64,000 bases of DNA from assembly GCA_000091205.1 (NCBI GenBank), contig AP006491.2; one strand, 5' to 3'. The DNA is from Cyanidioschyzon merolae. Lineage: Eukaryota. The position numbers were made by a program, and so were the translations under genes. Shown one piece after another: positions 42,078 to 53,190 of this stretch. The notes under the pieces are model-generated. The model was not told where the DNA came from. It searched no databases and saw only the letters and a program-made list of their open reading frames with translations. The stretch's first letter is position 1; each line of letters begins with the position of its first letter.

Positions 42078-42700
42078 TATGCACAATACATGGAATCCAT
42101 CATTCACAGGCATGCACAGCACTTGTAATGGATCAAATATGAATATGCACAATACATGGAATCCATCATTCACAGGCATGCACAGCACCTAAAATGGATC
42201 AAATATGAATATGCACAATACATGGAATCCATCATTCACAGGCATGCACAGCACCTAAAATGGATCAAATATGGACATCCACAATACATGGAATCCATCA
42301 TTCACAGGCATGCACAGCACTTGTAATAGATCAAATATGAATATGCACAATACATGGAATCCATCATTCACAGGCATGCAGAGCACTTGTAATGGATCAA
42401 ATATGAATATGCACAATACATGGAATCCATCATTCACAGGCATGCACAGCACCTAAAATGGATCAAATATGGACATCCACAATACATGGAATCCATCATT
42501 CACAGGCATGCACAGCACTTGTAATAGATCAAATATGAATATGCACAATACATGGAATCCATCATTCACAGGCATGCAGAGCACTTGTAATGGATCAAAT
42601 ATGAATATGCACAATACATGGAATCCATCATTCACAGGCATGCACAGCACCTAAAATGGATCAAATATGGACATCCACAATACATGCAATCCATCATCTA
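42078..42700. repeat. 66-bp satellite, about 9.5 tandem units, with a 198-bp higher-order period
   Basis: tggaatccatcattcacaggcatgcacagcac(ttgtaatgg or ctaaaatgg)atcaaatatg(a or g)a(t or c)at(g or c)cacaataca recurs at 42091, 42157, 42223 and so on. The ORFs at 42255-42452 and 42453-42650 are identical and 198 bp apart. Confidence 0.9.
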
Positions 42701-43163
42701 TAGACACGCATCTCGTGCGCCTGCATCGCTTCTTTTCAGCCAGCACTGGACACGCCGACGATCTCGTTGGGGGCACGCACGTGCGCAGACACGCAAATCG
42801 CGCTACCGAACACATTGGCGATTGCTCATTGGCGCGTGAAATCCGGTACGTCGCGAGGATTGCGCTTCGCAGATGATTCAAGTGTTTTTCTAGACTTGGA
42901 GCTTTCGGGTGCGTTGACTCCAAACCGTGAGGGCTCGCTCTGGTACTTTGATTGGCCTTTGGCGTAGTTGTAGTTGAGGGAGACTTGGACTGGCTAGGCG
43001 TTTTGGAGTTTCGAGGGGTGCACTGGCAACTGCGCGCACGCGTGGACTGCAGCAGTCCACGGCGTTTTCAACTTTTCAGAGCAGCCTTGGTGCTACACAC
43101 TGTGTCCGGTGGGTCGAAGGACGCTAGGGACTCGAACCATAGGAAAACGCTGCTGAAGAGTTT

Positions 43164-44543
43164 ATGAGCGGGAGCTGGCAGAGCTGCTCTGATCAGTCAT
43201 CACAGCGTGTGGCGGAGTGGGTTCGGGAGGTGTCACGCCAGCAGTCGACGACTCGGTCGAGCTCCTCGGGAGCACCATGCTCGCGGGTAATGCCCCCACC
43301 GCCGCATCGTCCGTTACCGCGGTGTCGGCGATCTGTCTCGGGCTCGGAGAAAACGCTGGCGCCCAAAAGAACGATGCCGCCGCTGCGCCCAGGTGCACCA
43401 GTGCCACTCGAGCGCGTGGCGATTATCGTGCATGGTGGTGCATGGTCGATACCGAACGACCGCACGGATGCTTCGCTCGTTGGGGTTCGGCGGGCCGCCC
43501 TAGCGGGGCATGCGTTCCTCTTACAACCAGATAATCACCACGCTGCGCTAGACGCCGTCGAGGCCGCTGTTAGGACCATGGAAGACGATCCCGTGTTTGA
43601 CGCCGGCCGTGGATCGGTTCTCAATGAGGATGGACAAATTGAAATGGATGCCGGAATCATGGAGGGACGCTTCCTACGCTACGGTGCTGTGGCCGGCCTC
43701 AGCGGCTGCGTGCGTAATCCGATCTCTGTTGCTCGTGCTGTCATGGAACGCACTGAGCATTGCCTGCTCGTGGGCGCCGGCGCGGATCGTTTTGCGCTGC
43801 ATTGCGCTGCTGAGGGCTTAGTGGAAGCTGTTCAGAATGAGCGTGCCGAGCTGATGACGCCGGAAGCGCTTGCCGAGTGGAAACGTCATCGGCACTTTCG
43901 CTCCGCCGTTCGAGGTTGGTTTGGCGGCAGCTTCTCGACGGTGGCGTCGCGGCATCCGTCAACGAATGGGAGTCTGTCCCGATCGAAAGCCCCCACAAGC
44001 AGAGAAAAAGCGGACTCTGGCAGTCGTTTTCGATCAACAGGCACAGTGGAGCAGAGCCAAGTCGAGCCGTATGCAAACCTGGGCCACGACACGGTCGGTG
44101 CAGTGGCGATCGATAACTTTGGTAATGTTGCGGCCGCGACTTCCACTGGTGGCATTACCTCCAAGATGGTTGGTCGTGTGGGCGACGCGCCACTTATCGG
44201 TTGTGGCTGCTACGGCGATAACGCAATCGGAGCAGTATCGGCGACGGGGCACGGCGAATCCATCATGCGCATCATGCTGGCAGCCCGCGTGTGCTCGCTG
44301 CTGCAGGCAGGCCTGAGTGCTCAAGAAGCTGCTCGCGAAGCGCTTCGCCATATGGACGCCCGCGTCGGAGGCCGTGGCGGCGTTATTGTCGTTACCAAGA
44401 GCGGTGACCTTGGCGTCTCTTTCACCACGGATCGCATGGCCTGGGCCTCGATCAGCGACGGTGTCATGCGCTCAGGCATCGACGAAGATATGAGCGATTG
44501 CCTAGAGAGTCGCTTCAGAAATGACTCGTCATTCTCCCGATAG
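43164..44543 (+). CDS. Isoaspartyl peptidase / plant-type L-asparaginase (Ntn hydrolase, asparaginase_2 family)
   Basis: RVAIIVHGGAW, DPVFDAGRGSVLNEDGQIEMDAGIMEG, the autoprocessing site and nucleophile in HDTVGAVAIDNFGNVAAATSTGGITSKMVGRVGDAPLIGCGCYGD, and GHGESIM are all present. A roughly 70-aa Ser/Pro/Arg-rich N-terminal extension may be a targeting peptide or an over-called start; the alternative ATG is at MPPLRPGAPVPLERV. Confidence 0.85.
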   Translation: MSGSWQSCSDQSSQRVAEWVREVSRQQSTTRSSSSGAPCSRVMPPPPHRPLPRCRRSVSGSEKTLAPKRTMPPLRPGAPVPLERVAIIVHGGAWSIPNDRTDASLVGVRRAALAGHAFLLQPDNHHAALDAVEAAVRTMEDDPVFDAGRGSVLNEDGQIEMDAGIMEGRFLRYGAVAGLSGCVRNPISVARAVMERTEHCLLVGAGADRFALHCAAEGLVEAVQNERAELMTPEALAEWKRHRHFRSAVRGWFGGSFSTVASRHPSTNGSLSRSKAPTSREKADSGSRFRSTGTVEQSQVEPYANLGHDTVGAVAIDNFGNVAAATSTGGITSKMVGRVGDAPLIGCGCYGDNAIGAVSATGHGESIMRIMLAARVCSLLQAGLSAQEAAREALRHMDARVGGRGGVIVVTKSGDLGVSFTTDRMAWASISDGVMRSGIDEDMSDCLESRFRNDSSFSR

Positions 44544-47485
44544 CATACGTTTTTGAATCGCAAGTCTGCGAGGCTCGTTGACAGACCGCCTCGTGAGGAC
44601 AACGAAGACTCGCTACTGTTGCATGACAAGAAGGGGCTGACGTCGCCGCGGGCGAGCACATCAACGCGGGCCTGAGAAGGCTGCGCGTTTTTGAGCCGCC
44701 TGCTGCCACAGCTGCCGAGCAGCAGCTTGCTAATATGATCAGGTGTACACTCATGCGGAATTAAACTGAAAGATTGAATCGCTCACGCTTTTCGTTTCTT
44801 GAGGTTCTTCATCGAAACTTCTTAGATACACGTACACGACGCTCGAAACGCAACAATAGAGGCTCATGGACTCATACCTACTTTTCCGCCTCTGGATCGT
44901 ATTTTCGGAGTGCCTCCTTCGGCGCTCTACCGCTGGTATTCGTGACGTTCCCCTGATCAAGAACATTCGCAACACCCATGAGCAATGGCTTGGAAAATGC
45001 AGGATATCCTTATCCAAACGCATACGTACAAGCATCCGTGGTTCTTCTTTCCTCATGAGTTGCACGTTCAAATCACGCATCCATCAAGTTTTCAATTTTC
45101 ATGTTTCATGGAAACTTTTCTTTGCTGCAATCCGCACTGCTGGATCGAAGAAGAAAAAAAGCTCGACTTGATTTTGTGACGAATTGCGTACAAGCTCATG
45201 CCTAATGTTCACAGAAATTATTTACGCCAATCGATAGATTCCCTTCGTGAGACAAGTCATCCTCTTTTGGCTAACATCGACGACGCTGCATTCCACAGCT
45301 GCATGAGGCCTCGCCCGAGATACACTCCCAGACGCACCCCGCTTGTCTGATTCAACGCGCGCGGGTAGTGGACTTGGACTTTACGCAACGCAGGATTCGC
45401 TTTCGATGGAGAATGCGTCATCGCTTTACACGAAGCGCTCGTAGACGGATCAACCATTCCGGCACTAATCTCGAGCCCGAATCTTCATCCCGGAACTTGC
45501 TCATCCTGGACGACATCGCGTTCCACTAATCCTCTGTTGAACGGAATTGCTTGCGCATCCGCGTGCAGCTTTTAGAGTACGAACCGCTAAGACCACCACG
45601 AGAAGAGGCCCGAAGTCCGAGGGTACTAGAGTGGTTGCGGCAGCGGAGCCGGCCACCAAATGGAGCCCTTTGTACCCGTCAAATGCTTGCACCAAGCGTT
45701 GAAGAAAGCTTGAACGCGGCACAGGGCTTCCCTCGGGGCAGGAGCTTCTGTAGACACATCGAAATACCTGACCATCGTCAAATTTCAGCGCTGCGACGGG
45801 CGCCCAGAGGTTCTGTATAAATAAGACAAAATCGGTATACGAAGCGTAGATGGTAGCCTTCGCCTGGGCATCAATTGTGTCGACAATAGCTGGAAACAGT
45901 GAGGTCGTGACTTGAACGCTGCAACCAGCATCCTTCGACTGCGAACTACGAAGCTGAAGGCGAAGGACAGACCGTCGTGCTTAGCATGGGAGGTAATGGA
46001 GATGAAAATGAACCAATGGCAGAGAAAGCCCGTATAGGCTGGTGCTTCTCGTAGCCGCAACTGACGCATACGTTCGCGTGGACACCCACGTTCTTCGATA
46101 CAGTTCATTTGACTCGAACAGGGTGTCGGAGCGATAGCGATACCCCATTCCTACCCGCGAGTGGCATTTCCGACGCTTCGCCGATGGTACTGATGTGCCC
46201 GAGGGAGCAACGCCTTCTGGGCACGAGCCATCGTAATGCTTGGCCCAGTGAATTCAGCAACAACGGGAAGAGCGCAACTTTTTTCTCTTCTCTTTTCCCA
46301 GAAGCATTCAATCGAAAGAGTGCAGGGCGTAAATGGGCGAAAAGTTTCCGGAAGAACTCATGTTGTCCCTGCTAGCGCTAGTGAAAAGGCACGTATTTAC
46401 GAGCCAGACATTCTAAGATCAGCGAGTCGATGAATGTACTTTCTTATGGTCTCGCTTACGAACCTCGCGCATCCAAAACAGAAACTATTTTACGCTACCT
46501 ACACAAGTTTATCCTCGTCACCTCATTCCAATTTGTGCATTCTCTTAGAAACGCTATCAAACAAGACGCAGCATGTGCAGTGCCCGTACCGTTCATACGA
46601 ACGGTGGTAAAGGGAGACGAATGGACATCGAACGAAGCACGTTCCGATGGGAGACTGTTGCGCGTTGCAAAACACATGATGTATTTCGTACTAAAAAACG
46701 CGAATGCTCATCACGGGATCCACGGATGCTCGTCTCACTTGATGTGACCAAATTCGCGTACAATTGCTGACCTGTATCGTGTGTGATCTGAAAGAAGGGC
46801 AGAATCGCCGTTCGCAAAGAAGAGAACAGCGATCAGTCGAGCAACATCAGCTCAGGGCGCGAGTCCGTTACGTGATCGCCAATATACCGAACAAGACGAA
46901 GAGCATCGTTTGACACTTCACGCTCCGTCCAAGCTCTTCGAGTATTCTGTGTCCCATTTTACTGTGTCCTGCTATGAGATAACGTGGATTTCCAGCACTC
47001 TGAATCAGGTACGGATGATGCCTCTGCGATTGGCAGCGAGCCGTCCTTCGCGGCAACTTGTTCTGACCGCTTGAATCCAAATGAATGCGTTGTCTCTGCT
47101 GTTCAATTCCATATGAACCCTCGTCGACGCATAAATGAGTCGTGCACATCAACGGCACCGAATCTGCTCGAAACTCCGCGCTCTAACTTCACTAGCGCTC
47201 CACTGCTGAGGCTTGCTTCAGCTCATCAGCGCGTGGAGGCAAAAAAGCGTGATTTGCTTCGTTGGCGTATACGCGACGGAGAAACTAACGAAATGGAACT
47301 CAGGGAACGGCGCGTGCACAGATAGCAAAGGAGAGTTTCATTGCTACCGCCAACCTGGTGCGTCTGAAGCCTGCGAAAAAGCAACAGTGGACAATGGCCG
47401 CTCCATTCATGCCACATCGCCAGGTAGAAGAAAAGGCAGACAGAGCAGAGGAGAGCCTTCTCGGACATGTAAGAGGAGGGTCCTA

Positions 47486-48700
47486 ACGAACAGGCGACCA
47501 AGGAGGACTTGGGGCAAAAGCTGTCGGAGCGGAAACATCTTTCAGGAACCATCGTCAAGGCCTCCGTCCTACAAATTACCATCAGGAATAATCTCCCACA
47601 CAACGAAATGCTCAACATCGTTCCCGATCGCGTGGCTTCCGTCTCGACGCAAGGTAAACCCAGTTTCCCGCTCCACGATGCATGTCGCCGAGCAGGTATT
47701 CGTACCAGTCTCGGACGCAGAGCTGCCAGCAGCCGGGATTCCTCAGGAGCTTTTCGATCTCGGCTTTGTGCCATAACACAATGGATGCTCGGGACGGAAG
47801 ACGCAGTGCGGTCCGAGTACAGGATCAGGGATATACGCACACGCACACACACACATTACCCAGACTTGGTTGACGCTTCACTGCACAATGTTGACGATCG
47901 GAACATCTGCACTGCAGGCGACCATAACACTATCAAACCGACCACTGCAATCAAGTCCATACGCCTGCCAAATGACGAGCGCTCCATGCAGCGCACCCTG
48001 TAGGCGTTCCATTCTCACGCTGGCGGCCCCGGTGAGTTGGTACTGACACCAAAAAAGAATCTTCGCCTCTGCGCATACACGAGCGTCCATATCGCCCAGG
48101 CGGACAATCCGTGGCACGAATCCATGCGACAGTGCTGGTGCTGCCAAAAGATTCCATTCGACGGAAGCAGGTCTCTTGCATTCACCAACTTGTCCAATGC
48201 ACTGAAAAGATAAGTGACCGAAAAGCCGTTTTGTTTTCCGGTGGTAACCCGCGTCGCTGGACGTTCTGTGGCGAGCCATGGAGACGCCCATGTCCCTTCG
48301 ACGAACGCACGCCGCAAGTGCATTGCTCCATGCCGAACGAATCCCATCGATGCATCCAGGGCGCCATCCAGGTATGTTGAGCACGGGCGCACATGCACGT
48401 AGCTACAGAAGAAGGGCTTGAAACACATCCAGATGAACGAGGTGGCGTGCGTCTCGCTGACTTGACGGAGATACGGATGCCTCGATGGGCATCCGAAAAG
48501 GACCCCTGCGATTCGGGAGCGTCCATCGTTTCTTTTTTTCTGCCGGAGGATCTTTCCAGTTGATCTATTGACGACGCAGTGCGCCGTTATTCGGCAGAGC
48601 GGAATGCTTCTGATCCAAAGAAATCAATGCCAAAGATACAACGCATTTGATTCCGGTCTGGAGCAATGCACTGATATTGTATGAGCTGCAACCCAGTAGC
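47486..48700. repeat. Dispersed repeat, copy 2 of 2 (partner of 12452-13660)
   Basis: See copy 1. The ORF-track proteins at 47509 and 47878 are near-identical to those at 12465 and 12830. Confidence 0.8.
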
Positions 48701-49324
48701 GTTTAAGCGCCGTTCGTACACATACATACCATGAACGATTCGCCAGCGCAACTGGCGAACGATCATGGAGCACCTGTATTCCATACAACTGAGATTAGCT
48801 GCATGCTCGCAGCGCAATCGAAACGATCGACGAGCAGTTCATGGAACTCAGTCCGCCGAACCCGGCGGCATGGATGGAACAAGTACCACGAGGGCGCTAT
48901 CCCGACGTAAGAGCACCGTTGCCGTCTTTTCTGCGGAACGCGCTGCAAGGAAAGCAGGTGCGCCTGGTAAACAACGCCAGCGCGGCCGCTCCGTGCCCGG
49001 GCGACCATACTGCTGGGCAGGCGACGCGCGCCCCCCGACCGGAAATTGGATGATCGCGCCTCCTGCCTGACCTCGGCAGGCAGTCGACTCCTGCACTTGG
49101 TACTGGCAACTGGACAACCCGTTTTTGTTCTTCGGCCGGTAAAGCGCTTCTGTCGTCCGTGGGAACGCAAAGCAGTCGTGCTTGCGGTTGCGTACTGAAG
49201 CGGCAACGCCGAAGCAGTGCGTGCAGAACACGCACCGTCAGCCTGGCACTGCCTCTTACCGGGGACTCGCGAACGCGGCAACCAATAGCGTTCGTATTTC
49301 CTAGAAAGGGTGAAAACCTTGTCC

Positions 49325-50434
49325 ATGCAAACGCCAAAAGGACACGTACTCGCAAAACTATGGTTCGGGTTGCGTTGTTGGCGACTGTCGCGAACGTCAA
49401 ACAGCGTGCTGCCAGAAACACGACAACGGCAGTGGCGGTGGCGGTGGCGGTACGGACTTCACTCCAGAGGCGCCCACGACGCTTCCCCGCGGACCTCCGT
49501 CGATCGCGAACAGGTTAAACGCTTTGCAGAACAAGCGCGGGACTGGTGGAACCCAACTGGACCTGCTGGCATGCTCCAGCGAATGAACCCAGCCCGTATC
49601 GAGTTCATCAAAGAGGCAGTAGCTGGGGCGCTCGATATCACGCATGCGCCCATTGGCGATGACACGCATCCAGGGACAGCAACGCGATCCAGCTTCAGGT
49701 CCAGTGCCCGTAGCGCTGGAAGCGGGTGCGACACGCACCACTGGGCCCGCCTACGTGTCCTCGATGTTGGATGCGGGGCGGGCCTGCTGAGCGAGGCACT
49801 CGCCGCGCTCGGTGCACACGTCACTGCGATCGACGCTGCCGCAGAGGCGATCGCCATCGCCCAGCAACGCCAGGCGGCGATGGCGGCGCTTTCATCGATG
49901 ACGTCGTCGACGAGCGGCATGGCGACGATGCGTGCGTCCCGCGCACGCTGCCTGGCGGAGCGTCTCGCGTACCGGTGCGCATCGATTGAGGAGTTGCTGG
50001 CGGAGCGGGGCAACGCCGCATCCTTCGATGTTGTTACCGCGTTGGAGGTGCTCGAGCACGTCCAGAATCCGCTGGTATTTCTGGGAAATCTTGTACAGAT
50101 GCTGAAACCTGGTGGGGTGCTTGTGATCAGCACGCTGGATCGATCCATCGCGTCTTTCGTAGTGGCGATTCTCATGGCTGAACGGGTGCTAGGCCTCGTA
50201 CCGCGCGGTACGCATGATTGGAGCCGGTTTATTCAACCGGAAGAGCTGACGGAGGCGCTCTTGACGCTTGGGCGGTCAGCTGGTACGGGTTCAGAGGTGG
50301 CGTGTCGGGGGTCACGGCACTCGATGGAGATTTGTCGGGTCGCTGGCCTCGTGTGGAATCCCTTGTCCGGGGGTTTTGCACGAACCCGCTGGACAGATGT
50401 AAACTATATCTTGGCAGCGCGGAAGAGGCGATGA
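49325..50434 (+). CDS. COQ3: Ubiquinone biosynthesis O-methyltransferase (COQ3/UbiG family, class I SAM-dependent MTase)
   Basis: EQVKRFAEQARDWWNPTGPAGMLQRMNPARIEFI matches the UbiG N-terminal signature (F..A..WWD..G.F..LH.MNP.R..FI). The SAM motif I is LDVGCGAGLLSEALAALGAHVTAID. FDVVTALEVLEHVQNP, LKPGGVLVISTLDR, RGTHDWSRFIQPEEL and the C-terminal VNYILAARK are present. Track position 49310 is a GTG; the first ATG is at 49325. An Arg/Trp-rich N-terminus suggests a mitochondrial presequence. Confidence 0.8.
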   Translation: MQTPKGHVLAKLWFGLRCWRLSRTSNSVLPETRQRQWRWRWRYGLHSRGAHDASPRTSVDREQVKRFAEQARDWWNPTGPAGMLQRMNPARIEFIKEAVAGALDITHAPIGDDTHPGTATRSSFRSSARSAGSGCDTHHWARLRVLDVGCGAGLLSEALAALGAHVTAIDAAAEAIAIAQQRQAAMAALSSMTSSTSGMATMRASRARCLAERLAYRCASIEELLAERGNAASFDVVTALEVLEHVQNPLVFLGNLVQMLKPGGVLVISTLDRSIASFVVAILMAERVLGLVPRGTHDWSRFIQPEELTEALLTLGRSAGTGSEVACRGSRHSMEICRVAGLVWNPLSGGFARTRWTDVNYILAARKRR

Positions 50435-51803
50435 AAAGAATCCTGGTCGTCGGAGAGGTAGACGCGCGGCGTTTCAGGCGACTGAGGAGGAAGGATGGAT
50501 TGGAAGCGCATGCGTGCATGCATAACGATTGCAGGCTGGTGGACTGAACTAGGATTGCTCGCGAGACGGCATTCACGTTGACAGGGATTCACTGGAGCAG
50601 GTAACCGGCTGCGACGTCAAGATGCTTCTGGGTGTTTCGCGGTTCGCGCCTGCAAACCGCGCGGCAGCGGGTCCCCTGCGATGGCTGTCGTCCCAGGAGT
50701 GCTGACGACGACGACGACGACAGTCCTGGTGTCAGATGGCGCTGAAGCGATGGTGCACGCAAATGCTTGTGAAGGACCTGAGCTATTTACGTCAGCAAGC
50801 AGCTGGTTACTAATTGTTATGCACCAGAGGTGCTTCGCGTCTCCCTCGGACACACGGAAGAGTGCGAGTGAACCTGGCCGATGGCGAACGTCCCGTGAAA
50901 CGCTACGAAAATGCGTCCCGCAATTGCATTGATGATAACGCGACGGCTAGTCCATCTACTTGGCTATGTTCATTGGTCTAGGTGCTCGTCTGCTCGCCTG
51001 CCTGCCTCGTGTCGCGGACCCAGGGCCTTGCCGAGTACCGTGACGCTTGCAGCAATGATGATCTGACAAGGATCGGTGTAAAGCTTCGGCTACCGAATTC
51101 TAGCGTTTCAGCACAAGGGATTCGCTTGACGCCACAAGTGTCAGCTTCGAAAGACACGTTGCACGAGCACACGTACCACATGGTGCTGGTCGGGAGCCGG
51201 CGCTGCCAGCACACTGCGGAAATCGTATCGGATCGAGCACATGAATGTGCCGCTTGCCGGGACGCAGGAAACGATTCTGAATGCACGAGCACGAGTGCAC
51301 GACTCGGACGCGACAAACGAGTCGCCCGGACGTCCTGACACAGAAGATAGAATCTGCTCCCTATTTCCCTTCGCGTCTGCACAACGTCGTGAGGTTCCAG
51401 GCGGAACGCACACCCCGTTGAAGCAGCACACAGCAGCGGTGACGTCTCTGTTGCGCACCTCGATGGTCACGTTCGATACCAATGACCTGGGCGTTGCATT
51501 TGGCCTCGAAAGCTCGACAGCAGCGACCTGGTGTGAAACACCCAGGCTGTCCGGCAAGCAATCCTATGTTGAGTTCATTGCATGCCACGCTGCTGAACGA
51601 TGGCCTGGATGAGTAGCCGCGGCACGGAGGAAGCGCGGTTGCAGCGGCATGACGGCTTCTGGTCATGGAGCTGGCGCCAGGGGCATTCCTCGGCACTCGT
51701 CAGGATCATAGCATGTTTGCCGTTGCCACGCTTTTTGGCGCAGCATACGCCCCTAGTCCCAGCACCATCATCATCGTCATCATCAGCCGTGATTGATACC
51801 CGC

Positions 51804-52616
51804 TCACAGCGTCTGCATCGATTCCGTATCAGCTTGCGACACTGCCTCTATCAGCTGCCGAACAAGTCGTCGCGCTTCCGTTGGACTTGAACGAATGCCG
51901 CGCTGGATCGCGTGTCGAACGAGAATCGTTGTCCGAGTCGTGCGGCCCTTAACCCATACGATTCCATTCATGCCGATAGCCAGTTCGAACACGAGCTGTT
52001 TCCCTAGCTGCTGCAGAACCGGCGCGTCTTGCCGAATCATCTGCCGTGCTGCCGCCAGTGATATTCTAAACAGCGTTCCTCCTGCTAGTCTACCGAAGAT
52101 CGCTTCACCACTGGTCCAGCTTTTTGCACTACCAGGCGCCTGGCAGCTGAGCTCGGTCTCGGCGAATCGTTGCGGGGTAGGCACCTGCGTGACACGCGCA
52201 TAGACAACGTGCCCTGGAGCCAGGTGTGGACGGTTGCGTTTGGTTGCGCCCTCAAAAGCGAGGAGTGGTAGAAGCGCGGGCGTTGCTGCGCCAATCGCAA
52301 CCCGATAGTGGTCGCCCCCGACCCGATCGACCACAACCCCAACAACAACATCGTTCACGTACGGAATGTACCGCCGCTGGTTTGACTCGACGTGCATTCG
52401 CGGAGCGTAGCGCAGTCTGCCTGTACGAGTCGCGATCAACTGACTTGGACGGTTCCAGTCGGGGAGCGCAGTGATGCCGGGCCCCACCCGCAACGGCACC
52501 AGGTTTGCGGGCAGCTGTGCTCGAGCGTCTGCAAGTACAGTGTCTCCCGGGAGTACCAAGGAAGACTCAGGTCTGAGAACCCGAGAAAAAGACTCGGAGT
52601 CGGTTCTCTCACTCAT
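51804..52616 (-). CDS. RRP40: Exosome complex component RRP40 (EXOSC3; S1 + KH domains)
   Basis: YIPYVNDVVVGVVVDRVGGDHYRVAIG and LLAFEGATKRNRPHLAPGHVVYARV match the EXOSC3 S1 block. FEGATKRNRP is an exact match. The KH motif is FELAIGMNGIVWVKGRT, matching EIVFGMNGRIWVKAKT. Confidence 0.8.
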   Translation of the reverse strand: MSERTDSESFSRVLRPESSLVLPGDTVLADARAQLPANLVPLRVGPGITALPDWNRPSQLIATRTGRLRYAPRMHVESNQRRYIPYVNDVVVGVVVDRVGGDHYRVAIGAATPALLPLLAFEGATKRNRPHLAPGHVVYARVTQVPTPQRFAETELSCQAPGSAKSWTSGEAIFGRLAGGTLFRISLAAARQMIRQDAPVLQQLGKQLVFELAIGMNGIVWVKGRTTRTTILVRHAIQRGIRSSPTEARRLVRQLIEAVSQADTESMQTL

Positions 52617-52885
52617 GATCAGATCGTGGGGATGCGTTGCGCTCCCATGGAATGCCTAGTTCGGCACAAAGTATCCGTCCAAGGCGTAGCTGACGTTGAA
52701 CGCCCCCGCTGTGACGGCGGCGTTTCGCCCGTGCGCTCTCCGGATGCCGCTCGATAGCGCTGGTGCTGGTGCTGCTGGTGCGCTTTCCCATAACCAGGAT
52801 CGATGGATAATTTGATATAATGTGGATTGTGGTTACCTGTGTACGTACGCTACCGTATGTCTGGTTCGTTCATTGTATGCATAGG

Positions 52886-52908
52886 CACGCGCACACACAC
52901 ACACACAC
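52886..52908. repeat. (CA)n microsatellite
   Basis: The run is gcgcacacacacacacacacc. Similar short CA/GT runs lie near 12790, 47840 and 57735. Confidence 0.7.
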
Positions 52909-53190
52909 CTTGATCCATGAGTGACTCTGTATCGTTTTATCCTCGAGTCTGCCTGTAAGATTACCGAGCGTTCAGTGCATATTCCAGAAACCTCGTTTAC
53001 AGAGGACACGTACGCGCACTAGATGCACATCGAAGCATCCTGGTCGTGGATCGATTACGTCCCAGACTCCTGAAAACAGCACCGAGAGGGATTCCCGCTC
53101 ATTCGTATGCGCAAACCTAGCGCATGTGTCCTGCTTCCGAGCACGTGTCGCCAATCGCTTCCAGGAATGAGGTTGCGCGCTACATGGCAC

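Noticed and set aside
42078-42700. Possible CRISPR array (regularly spaced repeats)
   Set aside because: This is a eukaryotic locus. The units are directly abutting 66-bp satellite copies with no unique spacers, and there are no cas genes.
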